The notes beneath the pieces are model-generated. The model searched no databases, had not been told where the DNA came from, and worked only from the letters and a program-made list of their open reading frames with translations. From assembly GCA_964187785.1 (NCBI GenBank), contig OZ076421.1, forward strand, positions 30,070,001-30,134,000: a DNA stretch of 64,000 bases, in the 5' to 3' direction. The translations under genes and the position numbers were made by a program. This document shows positions 1 through 11,201 of this stretch, in pieces (positions within the stretch are counted from its first letter, which is position 1; each line of letters opens with the position of its first letter). The stretch is from Amphiscolops sp. MND2022. Taxonomy: Eukaryota.

Positions 1-1712
1 TATATTGATATAAACCTTGCAATATATTAAACCGGTGATGCAAATCTTGCATTAATCTTACAAGATTCTTGCAAGGAATAGTTTTTCTGTCGGATTTTAG
101 CAAGATTTACATTTTTAGCCATGACCCGCCCAAAATATGTATTTTTTCTCAACCACGGTGGCACTGTAATCCAGTTTTCTAGATCAGCCATCGCTTAGGT
201 GGGAAATAAGAAATTTTAGGATTCCATTTTTTTAAACTTTATTCCACAACCTCACCTCTCACGCGGATGCAAAGATCACTGTCTCATCCGTCTCTAGAGT
301 GATGACCACTGGACCTAGGGAATCTCAAGAAGGCTAGAAGGTACTACATTTCAGTCTCTAATAGTATTTACTGAATCCTCGAAACTACTAGAACTCAAAT
401 TGTTCTTTCAAGTTTTTCGGCACTGTGCGACTTTTGAATGATCTTCAATTTGAACTTTCTTCGATGTTTTCAGTTATAGAAAACGTTTTCTGCGCACGAA
501 ACCTTCCTTGGGATATTTTTGACACTCCTACATTTGAGAGATTTTGCTCACAAACGAGCATTTGAAAAAAAATTGGCGCTTTTAAAGCCTCGAGCGGGGC
601 GTTGACTTGAAATGATCCCGTCTTGTTCAATTCTTGTAGAGTAAAGTATTTACGACCGGTATGTACCGTTATGTACGACGCATCTTCACAACCGGTATAG
701 TATGTGCATGTGATTCTTCTCGTTCCTCCTCCTCCGTAACCGGTTTTTTGGGTTCTGGCGTTTCACTTCGTCGATTGTTTTTTTTGTTGAGTTTGTAGCT
801 TAGATTCTAAATTGCAGCGCGTAGCGCTTTTCTAACCAAATACTCAAATTACTGCCAGTAGAGTGACTTGTATTGGAGTAACCGAAGTGTCCGGTATGAA
901 GAAGGCGGGTGACTGTCAGTTGACGTGGAACTCAAACTAATTGGAAACGTTTTGAGGGCAAAGTGTATTGATGATCTTGTATGATTTGAAGTGAGTGTTA
1001 ACTGTCTTTTGAATCAATGCTTTCGCAAATGGTTCTCAGTTTAATCTAAGAATTAAGCATTTGACAGGTACTTTTTTTTACAAACATTCTCTATTTCATT
1101 TTCACACTCTATCACAGTGTCTCTTGGAGTTTTTTTTTGAAGTCATGATTCTATCCTCAAGCAAGAGGTATCCCAATCTCCGTTTGATGTTTTCGTAATT
1201 TGTTTTGCAATCACAAAGTCTAGTTCTGGATCAAGTGTTTCTTCCATTGCCCGGGTGTTAGCTGCGATCGTTTTAGACTTCTTTTGGTTTTTTTACGAAC
1301 CTAGGAAATTGAATGTTTTTGTTCATCTTTGCATGAACCATTGGTACTTTGTTTTGTAACACACTTGATGTGTTTGAGAAGTATGACTTTTTGGCCAGGC
1401 TTCTTCTTACGTTACTTCCGTGTGAGAAAGTACAAAGCGGTCTGGGGTTGTACTGTTTATTCAGTTGACTGACTGTAGATGTTTTTATCGCATCACGGTG
1501 TGGTGCTGGTGGGCGGAGTCCGTTTTCCGTTTTTTGATTGTCCCGAGCTGCTGTGTCCGGAGAGGAATTTCCATTCTGCCAGCATATCGGATGTTATGTG
1601 CCATAGCTTCCACCTTGTAGAACAAATCTAGCAATCGTTTGATGTCTTGTCATATTGTTATTACGCATTTAACGGCGGTTCAATCTTCTCAACGAGTCTG
1701 AAGTTTATTTTT

Positions 1713-2211
1713 AGTCGGCGCTTTTTTAAAGAAAAGAGTCGACTATAGTCATGGTTTTTCGTCAGTGGTCTTTCAATTTTTTACGACCACCTGAAGTGAC
1801 AAAAATAGTTCTACCAAAAGTTCTACAAAATTTTGAGAAGACGCCAAATTGTACCTGTTGGCCCAAGAAACTGAACCAAAAAGGTTTCCTGCGTAACACA
1901 AAATACAAGACGAGACCAAAGGGTCCCCCTTCGGTTTTTTGGGATTGCGACTTTTCGGGAAAAAAATTCCCCAAAGGATCCCCCTTCAATTTTTTTGGAG
2001 TTTTGCGACAGGAGGGATGTTGAAAAATCCCAAAGGAGTTTTTTTGGAGTTTTGCGACAGAAGGGATGTTGAAAAATCCCAAAGGGCCCCCTTTCAGTTT
2101 TTTCGGCGTTATGAGACTTTTTTCAAAAACTTTTTTTGGGTGCTGTAGAAGAGAATACTTTGACACTTTGACGTCCTTTTGCTATTTCGAGCCTTAGATA
2201 TGGCGCCGGCT
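1713..2211. repeat. Dispersed ~500-bp non-autonomous element (MITE- or Helentron-like), copy 1
   Basis: Starts AGTCGGCGC (1713) and ends GCGCCGGCT (2203-2211), a 9-bp inverted repeat with 1 mismatch. The 5' end can form a hairpin (AGTCG...CGACT). The body aligns with 60997-61434 and the first ~60 bp with 27346-27410. Confidence 0.6.
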
Positions 2212-2415
2212 TGTTCCTTCATTGATTTACTCTGTGGACAGCTCCTCCATTAAAAACTGCTGATGCATGCAGATATAGTTTTTTTTACCAGATTCTTTTT
2301 TCGTGAATGATCATCTGGCTCGGAAAGGAATGACTGTTTAAGCCTTCCTCTCGTGCAATTTGATTTCCGTCTCGGCAAATGGCAGTGCAGTACAGTATTT
2401 TCGATTTCGTTTGTT

Positions 2416-3015
2416 CTATTTGTTCACAGGTTTTTTTCGTGTCTTGTGATAATCCTCCTCATCAGAGTCTTCGTTTGAAACTAATGTTTCATCTAGTTCA
2501 AATCTATTCTGACAAAATGGTTTTGCAGGTTCCTTCAGTTCATGCATGTCTGATGCTCTGACGGAATGATTATCCTCGTTTTCAGAATCAAAACTATCAT
2601 TTCCTGATGCGCGAACTCCTGTAGGTCTATATGACTTGGATCCCGATGGTTGTGGATCTAAGTTCTCTATGTTTTCTGATCTTGGATTTGTTACTGTTGA
2701 GATGCTCTTGCTTGATCTTATCTCTTTTAGAATTGTGTCTAGTTTATTCTCCATTTCTTCTCTCATCTTTTCAATCCTGTCATTGGTTTTCTGCTCTATA
2801 ATCTGGCTCCATGCTTGAATTTCGTTGTTACTAAGGCTAGGTTCAGTTAATTGGCTTCCTGAGGGATTCGCACCTAAACTTTCTTGAACAACGTTATCAA
2901 AATTAATCAAAGTCCCATTACCTGAATTAAGGGTTTCTGGTTGAGTTACTTCTGCTTCTCTATGAGGGGACGGTGTCTCAAACCTCTTTGATCTCCGGGT
3001 TCTCTTATTTCCCAT
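2416..3015 (-). pseudogene. Copy of the gag N-terminal 190 codons carried in the 3' LTR, reading into flanking DNA
   Basis: Matches residues 1-190 of ORF 15814-17499 apart from 4 substitutions, then diverges exactly at the LTR edge (DYH-KTRKK versus DYH-MVTGA). Confidence 0.9.
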
Positions 3016-4138
3016 TTTCGCTCAAGTGAAAATTGTATTTGGCTTTTTAGGAAAGAATTTGAATTGAACCAAAGTGTTTCAGATCCAAAACAAATGTTTA
3101 GAAACAGAAATTATTTGGAGAAAAGTTGTACAATGATCTTGGAAAGGTAGGTTTAGCAACTGATTGTGATGAGGGTTTTTAAAGAGAATGACTTTATCAA
3201 ATATTACAGCTCTATTTTGGAAAATATTGGGACCATGACATCCCTTTTTAGAGGAATCATCCAAGGAATTTTTACCAAAATAGCATTACATCAGCAAACG
3301 TCATTCTATTTATATCACAATTGCACTCGTTGAAACGCGCTCCCGAAGTTCCTAAGGGACCCTAGAAAATTCTATACAGGACCGAAAAGCCGTTATGTAA
3401 AATATATTTTATGGATTGTAAAGTTACAATAATGACACTCCTTTTCTTACTGCGATCGCGTTGTGACGAGTACGCGATACCGTCCAATCCGCTGATTACC
3501 GCATAAGAAAACACACGTATAAAAACGAGTATGCAGAAGACAAACAACTGTCATATACTGCATAGTGAAACAGCAAAATATGTATAGTAATGAGTTTACT
3601 TCTTTTATCAAAACGCGGGATGCCGCGTAGTAAGATGACGAATACACTTCACTTGTAGAGACGCGGGATGCCGCATAGTGTTAATCCGCATAATGCTAAG
3701 TACTCATCATACGATGTACCGCATGTTTCCGCATAACTTAATGCTCAGTTATCGCATAATTGCGATTATAATGTAATCCTTGCACTGTATAATTGCGCGT
3801 AGTGAATGGTAAAAAAATCATCCGATTTCATCAAACTCAGAAGATGTAGTGTAATTATGTAACAAATTAGTCACTGATTTGGATTCTGGGGTGGGAAATT
3901 AGTGTTCATTCATGGTCTGGGTTCACAATGGTGTACAAATCAAATTCATTCCTCAAGTATGTTTCTAAAAAACTTACATGACTTCATCAATTAACAAAAT
4001 GAGCAATTCATCATTGTCACAAATGTTTTCATAAGTTTTCATGGGTAGAGAAGTTTTGTATAGTGGGGTGAAGTTCGCTGTCGTTCTTATTCTCTCATCG
4101 GTGCACTCCGGTTCCAGCGCAGCTGTCGGGCTGCGACA
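2445..4138 (-). repeat. 3' LTR (1694 bp)
   Basis: Nearly identical to 16929-18621; about 9 substitutions and one A-run indel spotted by eye. Confidence 0.96.
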
Positions 4139-5150
4139 GTCCCGCACTTTTGAATAAGAAGAGGGCGGCTTCGAACCCATCTATAAATGCTCTTGATCGT
4201 ACTCCGCGGTCTCTGACTGTCTCCTCACTGTATGCTGTTGCGCCCAGGTAGTTTCCCAGTGTCTCGAGGGCCACTTCATCGTAAGTTTTTCCACACTGGT
4301 CACAGTACCCAGCCACATTGGGCATAACAGTAGGGAACAATCTGCAATTTTGACGAACACTGATTGGAATAAGCAGAACATTCTGACTATGTACCACACT
4401 GAAAGGGAACCCCCATTGCACCCCCGGTATCATAGGGAACACTAATTCTTGGGGTCTACCTGGTCCTCCACGAGGGGGCAACTGTATTATCAATGGGGTC
4501 ATGTTTCCACTAGCGACACCAAGTGGACTTTCATCGTACGTTGGCATTACGTGGATTTCAGCTGGCACTACCTCTTGAACAGTGGGATCCACGTTACTTT
4601 GTACAATCGGCTGTGGGTGGAAAGCAGAGACCCCTGGTCTGTAGTTTGGAGGGTATGTTGGTATCTCTCTGCTCGTTTGTCCCACTTGATGGTCGCTCCT
4701 GAGTGGTGTTGGAAGAATGGCAGCGGATGGGCGGCCATAACTATTCAGCAGTGTAGTTTCGGAGGCAACTGGTTCCAAACCAACTGGAGATCCATTCTCC
4801 CCTTCGTACTCGCTGTCGACGAAGGACGTAATTGACGTAGGAGTAGGTACTCGATTTTCTTCGATCAGTTCCATTAGTTCTTGTTCTATGCCAGTTCCCG
4901 CTGTATCAATTGTTTCGTTCTGAGAGATCGCAATACTGTTGGGTGGGAAAAGCATAGCCGTAGCCGCTCCCATGAACGTTGACATGGCATTATAGTGTGT
5001 CTGATCTACTCGGAATCGTTCTTCAATTTGCGGAATATTACCGGGTTCGACCATAAATTCGTTTTCTGAATTGCTCGAGATGTCTATCACCTCCGGTGAT
5101 ATGGGAGAGTACAGAGAATCTTCGTCTAGGTTGAATTGAAGATTGTTCAT
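4095..5150 (-). CDS. Accessory ORF of the retrotransposon, 351 aa, function unknown
   Basis: Long open frame with an acidic, P/S/T-rich N-terminal part and a C-terminal CxxC (YCDQCG) followed by a helical-looking segment. It crosses the PPT and ends 44 nt inside the 3' LTR. Confidence 0.65.
   Translation of the reverse strand: MNNLQFNLDEDSLYSPISPEVIDISSNSENEFMVEPGNIPQIEERFRVDQTHYNAMSTFMGAATAMLFPPNSIAISQNETIDTAGTGIEQELMELIEENRVPTPTSITSFVDSEYEGENGSPVGLEPVASETTLLNSYGRPSAAILPTPLRSDHQVGQTSREIPTYPPNYRPGVSAFHPQPIVQSNVDPTVQEVVPAEIHVMPTYDESPLGVASGNMTPLIIQLPPRGGPGRPQELVFPMIPGVQWGFPFSVVHSQNVLLIPISVRQNCRLFPTVMPNVAGYCDQCGKTYDEVALETLGNYLGATAYSEETVRDRGVRSRAFIDGFEAALFLFKSAGLSQPDSCAGTGVHR
4139..4151 (-). promoter_or_regulatory. 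Polypurine tract (AAAAGTGCGGGAC) abutting the 3' LTR
   Basis: Purine-rich run directly before the TGT start of the 3' LTR on the minus strand. Confidence 0.7.
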
Positions 5151-5176
5151 TGTTCTTAGATGTCGAAAGTTGTGGT

Positions 5177-5446
5177 TTAAAATTTATCTTGTTGATCAGA
5201 AGAGAGCTTTATTATTTTAGGCAACTGAGTTTCAGGTAGATTAAGACCATATGGTGATGGGTCTTTTAATTTCTTTCGTTTATGAGGAAAATCCCGCGGA
5301 AATTTCGGGTGTCATAGTTTTTCTTTCAGTTCCCATATAAGGTCCATCTTGTGATCAGTATTCGCGGGTTCCATCGACTCACAAGTGTAAACACATTCCA
5401 TTTTAGGTGCTTCATCTTCAATTGTCACCTGATTTCCACGCTTCAT
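5177..5446 (-). pseudogene. Small accessory ORF (~89 aa) with one internal TGA
   Basis: Manual translation MKRGNQVTIEDEAPK...WELKEKL*HPKFPRDF...QQDKF*; 90 codons, internal stop at 5312-5314, ends 27 nt before the 351-aa ORF. Confidence 0.4.
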
Positions 5447-6916
5447 CGAGACTCGCGGTGTTATGAAGTTTTAAATTATATGTAAACAAAATTTTAACCT
5501 AGCATCAAAAGAAAAGGAATGAAATGAAATCTATCATTAACATCCTAAGTCTAATCAATAATTATCCTTTTTACATGACTGGGAAAAAATATGAAGAAAA
5601 TACAAATTATCAGGAAAACAAAGTTCCAGATTACATCAATTTGAAAGTATCTCTAGCCACACTATTAATCATATTAGCATAGTCCCGCACTTGAAAAGTG
5701 CTATAGGTTCTATTTCATAAACACTCTAATATGAACTAGCACATGACGTGTTAACACTGATGCATGGTGGGGTTTCAAAACGAGATATTTAGGATAGATA
5801 TTGAGACTAGAAACAACAAACAGGTTCGATATGCATCAGTTATATCAAAGGTTTACTGTGTAATGTTGTTTTATTCACTCTTACTCGAGTGTTGTTAGCG
5901 CTTCTTTATCTTTTTAACTGCATGTAGCGAGAATTGTAGGATGCCGAGTATGCGTCACCCACATATCCGCATACTGCCGCATATTGCTCGTTCCGCATGT
6001 TGTCGCATAGTCGTTACTAGTCGTTCCGCATACTGCCGCATAGTCCCTGCTGTGAATCTGTATACTGACGTATACTCATTACCAGTTGTTACGCAGAGTG
6101 CCGCATAGTCTTCATTATAATTCTGTGTACCGATGCATGCTGTCCACTGTAAATCCGCATTTTGACGCACACACTTGTGCTTGTTTTGAAATGAGTCAAT
6201 CAATCTCGCTGGCAGACGAGATTGACGTCTAATCATCCAATCAAATTCGAGTATTCCTTTTGTTAATTTGCGCACAATCGTTTCATTTGCTCTTTTGCCT
6301 TTCTTTGTTATCGCCACGCCTCCAATTTTGTGCTATTTTCATTATAAATTGTTTTTACGTTTACAAGTTTTGAAGAGTTTGAATTACATATCCGTCTTTT
6401 AGTAACAGTCTTTAGCTTTCTTTACATTCCTGCCTCCCAGAATACAGACATTTTCCTGGAAAATCTCCCATCAACACCGTCATTACCCTGTTTTTTGACG
6501 AATTGTTCCATTCCGAGATCTAATGGATCCTGCCAGCAGCAGTTCAAATCCCCCGGGAGAACGGATGACTCGAAAAGATATTTCCCCGCACCACAGAGGA
6601 GCTTTCTCAAGCAGTGCATCACCCTCTGGATCTAATTTGAGTAAGTCCAACTTGTTTCATTTCAATTTTTGATTCAAGATTTCGATTTGGTTAGGTTTAT
6701 GTTTCTTACGTAGCTGGCCAGGCTAGAAAGAAATGAGAACGATCTATTTTCTATTCTAAATCGAACTCGGATTTTTAGAACCCTTCAGTTCTTGACTTCT
6801 AAGCAGTTTCCGTTTTCACTTCCTGTTACCGCGTCCGGTTTCAGAATAACTTTAAACGACTACCGCTCGCAGATCCTATTTAACATTTACGTCTGTTAAT
6901 AGAATCATTGTTTTAG

Positions 6917-9900
6917 TTGGACTCAGGACGACCCAGAGTCCGCCTGCTCGAACTCCTACAAAGGTGTATGCTTCTCTTGGGGTGGTTCCCCCTGGTTCGA
7001 CAAGTACTCAAATTCCAATCACTTCGCCCAGTGATCCTCCCCTACAGATTGATGAAGGGATAGAAGTATTGGTCAACACTACCCCCAGCACTACCGCAAT
7101 TTTGGAAACTGACCAAAGTCAAATTCAGCCTATTGGGGAAGAAACTACTACTGCAGGGAGTTCGGATCCAAGGTCTTCAGTAGGTTCCTCATCCAAAAGC
7201 ATGGACGAACCCAACATCAACTTTCCCCAGGAAGAACTCGGAGAACTTGTTGCTTCCCCAAGCGTCAGAGGTACGCAGTTCACAATTGACCAGTTTCTTA
7301 CTCCAACTTCCTTCAGTAGAGACCGACAAGGAGTTCCCGGCTTACTTGACCCCGACGAGTCTTTTGATGCCGAAGTCATGGATGTTAGGGAAAATAATCC
7401 GACAGCCCATTCCAGCAGAGAGTATTTGAGTGAGACTTACCCTGTTCTCAACGTTACTCGACAAGAGGTAACATTTCTCGCTAATTTTTTGGGAAGAATT
7501 CCTGGAGATTTCCTCACAGGAGGAGGAACTGAACCCAATCAAGCCTTGTCATTGGCTATTGTGGACAATGTTATGGACACCGCCCCACAGACTACCTCGA
7601 GTCAAGAGGATCAGCCTGGAACTTCTCTTACCGGCACATTTTACCCAGAAGAGCAAGAACCCGCACCCTTGATCAGTGGGAAAAGAAGAAGACCGCGTTA
7701 TTCATTAACGGTCAGCATGCTTAAAAAGCACCCTGTGCTCAAATTTTCGGCAACTGGGCCACTTGATGCGAGCAAAACACCATAAAAGTGGTGGTGCAGA
7801 GTGTGTAGGACAGAGCTTTCCTTAATGAGCCGTGGACCTTTAGAAATTGTATCGCACTACCGGTCGGACACACATCTGATAAGAGAACATCGAATCCGCA
7901 TGGAGATTCCCGGGATGCCACTGTTCGATAAAGATGAGAAGGAGATTCTTGGAATAGAATTACAGAACGCTAGGAGAGTTGCTAAGGAAACGCACCCCAT
8001 TGCCCCCCACCTAGACGGACGTCATCCTTTGGTAGGACAAAGTGTGGTACCTGCTCCGAACTTCGATTCCAGCCCTACTGAGAAGGTTTTGTTCCAGATC
8101 TCAATCATAGAATACGGTCTCAGACATGGTGGGAGTATGGAATGCCTCACTGGGATCTATGAAGAACTAGCTCGTTTAACTCCCACGGATCAGTTTCCTT
8201 CCCAGAATTGGAGCCCACAAAGATTGTTTGTAAGTATAATTCCGCTCCATTCACATATAGGTTCTCTCGATCCAACTGGCATATAGCTGTTCTATCTCGT
8301 AGTATCATTCTTCATTTTTATGTATTCTAATCCTCGTTTATGATGACAAACTCACATCCTTGTATGTTAACAGGGTATCTTGGTCTACATGTTCAGGGAA
8401 CTGATGAACTACTGTATCACTGCCACTTCGTCGTCTGGCGTCTACTCTCTGGCATTACAACATTCTTCTGTCAATTCCTCCGTTATTTTATCTTTCTGGG
8501 CAGGGAATGTTTTTCATAGGGTATGCTTGGGCAGTTCACCACGAGGGATATTGTTACCCCGCAAAGTTTTGAATTTACTTTCTTCGTTCCTCAGTCTTTT
8601 TGACATTCCCCCAACTTGCATAGTGCTCATCGGGATGGGTGAGAAACTGGATGATTGTTTATCAGCAACTTTACCTGGCACCAGAAAACCGTGTGTTGTT
8701 AATACTTTCGGTGAAACCGAATTCGATGCCAGTCTGGCTCTGCCTACTGCCCAGATAATTGAGCGACACGATTATCGTACAATACTGGACTTCCTCCTGA
8801 TGAAACTCAGACTTGCTGTGGATCGCGATTGGTTGCAAAGTCTACCCACATTGTACCAGGTACCTTACGCTTCTGCTTATTTCAGATCAATTTTTCATCG
8901 AACTCAATCGCTGTTTCTTTCCAGTGTGTGCTCCGGCTTGAATACTCGCTACCAGAGGCGCCAATCATCATTGAGGAACTCTCAAACCACTGGAATCACG
9001 TCCGTGATCATCTGGCTTATGTCTCCAGATTGCCAGCTTACCGGTTCCACATGAGAGAGGTTATTATTGAATGTCTCAATGTTTCGTACTAGTTTTCCTT
9101 TTTCGTCTAACCCACGCTTCCCTTTCCATTTCAGCCAAACACTCTAGACGAATGTTTCCGCCTGGACACCGCCTATTTGGCTAGGCTATTCGTCATCAGA
9201 TGCGTGCTAGACCACTGTTAGTTGTATCATCATTCAGTAACTTTCGAAACGCAGTTCAGCCTCTTTTAACGAAATTTAGGACTCTTGTATTTTTTCTCTA
9301 AGCTGGTATATTTTATATCGTTTATGCATTCCTTTTGCCAAAATGTTCTGGTAAATTTTCTTTTCCATAATTGCTATCACGTTCCATTGCTTTCCGCATA
9401 GTATCTTCTAATCACTAGCTACAGATCCGTCCGATAGCGTATATTCAACATACCCTATTTTGTATAGTGTTGCATGGTTTCCACTTTTCATTCAGTATAA
9501 ACACGTATAACCGACTGTCACGCCAATTTCCGCATAATGACGCATAGTCACCATACCTTAATCCGCATAGTGACGCATAGTCACTACCATTCATTCCGCA
9601 TATTGACGTAGGATCAGTCTTCACATCATTTTCCGCATGGTGACGTACATTCACTATGCCTTGTTCCGCATAGTTGTGGATAGTCACTATGTCTTGTTCT
9701 GCATAATGACGTATAAAATTTCATCGTATGAAGAAAAATGCTGTATCTTTTACGCATAATACGTATAATACCGTAGGGTGAATTCATTTCTCAATTATTT
9801 GGCTATGTCGTTCTGATCTCTGATTATTCGTGTGGATTAGGTTTCAGCTTTCGCTGAGCATTCTTCATTATATAATTGCTATACTCATGTATTTTTTGGT

Positions 9901-11022
9901 ATGTTTTAGACAACTCAGCTTTTTCGGAAGTCCATCAAAAGGTAGAGGGAGGATTCCGGTTGTTTAATCAGTTCGCTGTGTTCATCTACAGCCAATTGCA
10001 GAGCCTACTCCCTGACAACATCCTAGGGAGCATTTCCGAGTGGGACAATTTCCTTCATTTAAATCTAGATGAGGCTGAGCTTCCATTCAAGACCGCCAGT
10101 GAGTTTATCCTGAATGAGGATTTCCACAAGTTGGTGATGGCGAGTAAACTTCCCCGTCCCAGTAAATTCGTGGACCAATCCATCTCGTTTGTCAAGGCCT
10201 TTTGTCGGCAATTGTTGTCTCACAGTATTGTGAAATCAGATCTTATCAGAGGCCTATCAGCTTTTGATCCTAGTGTTGTCTTCGAAGGTTCTGAAGAACA
10301 CTACACTTCTGCAATTGGGAAGTTATCGACACATTTCGCGAACACCGGATGGATTACTGCCAGTGACAAGGTCAAAATCAGTAGCCAATATCGATCATTT
10401 GTCGTGAAAGTCCGCACTAACCCGAACCCACAGTACGATGATTGGATACACTTCTTGGCGTCCCATTACGAGATGCAGTGCCGAGTAGAGTTGTTTCAAC
10501 TCTTTAAATACTCCTGCATGTGTTTGCCTCCACTGGTAGAGATACCCCCTTCTTTCATCTTCCCTATTCCGGATTTGGAGCAAGATGCTGAGATGTTCCG
10601 TTCTTGCTTGCAAAGCTTGCAAGTTTCTTACTTGACTGTGCCCCACGTCTCGAGTCTATACCGAGATGTGAAGTCTATTCCTCGAGTTTTCCGCCTTTTA
10701 GGGCGAGGTTTGGAGCTTCTTACAGACAAGAAATTTTCCTGTTTGGAATTGTTTGAAAGGCAGTAGTTCCAAGCGTGCTGCGTTGTTGGGAAAAATGGAG
10801 GTTGGATATAGAAAAGCAGTGCTTCGAATTGAGAGACCCCCAATTACGTCAACTAGTACAACGCCTAGTGTTAGCCGTCGGAGCAGTGTAGATAGTACCC
10901 CCTCGCCTGATCCTTCTTTGAGCCGTGTTAGCCTCGAGGTACCGCGGTGTACTGATGTCTCTGCTGCCGATTCTTCGAAGAAAGCGAAGGCCAAGTCAGG
11001 GAAGGCGAAGAAAATCAATTGA
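6917..11022 (+). pseudogene. Antisense multi-exon gene inside the retrotransposon (zinc-finger protein, possibly transposase-derived)
   Basis: ORFs join in frame through GT-AG introns 8230-8373, 8860-8924, 9060-9134 and 9217-9909 (or 9918). Contains WCRVC-x16-H-x5-H. Lesions: TAA at 7783-7785 and a +1 frameshift near 10740. The 5' end is unresolved. Confidence 0.7.
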
Positions 11023-11201
11023 GCGTTCTTTACTCTCCAAATACTCGTTGTGTGACTTTATATTTACTCTGAGGTATTAATTTGTTTTATGTTCTTATTT
11101 ATCTGTATGGTTAATGATTCTTCAGTTTAAACATTGCCAGTTCACTGTCATAGTGGATCTGGAAGGAGAAAAGATAAGAAAGCAGTTTCTTTTGTAGTCT
11201 T

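Noticed and set aside
1-1700. Coding remnants on the minus strand, including ORF 445-630
   Set aside because: Short stop-ridden frames with no motif I can recognise; probably old transposon debris.
1751-2166. Overlapping ORFs in the dispersed repeat (also 61076-61463 and 27497-30467)
   Set aside because: K/F-rich translations of low-complexity AT-rich repeats; the frames are not conserved between copies.
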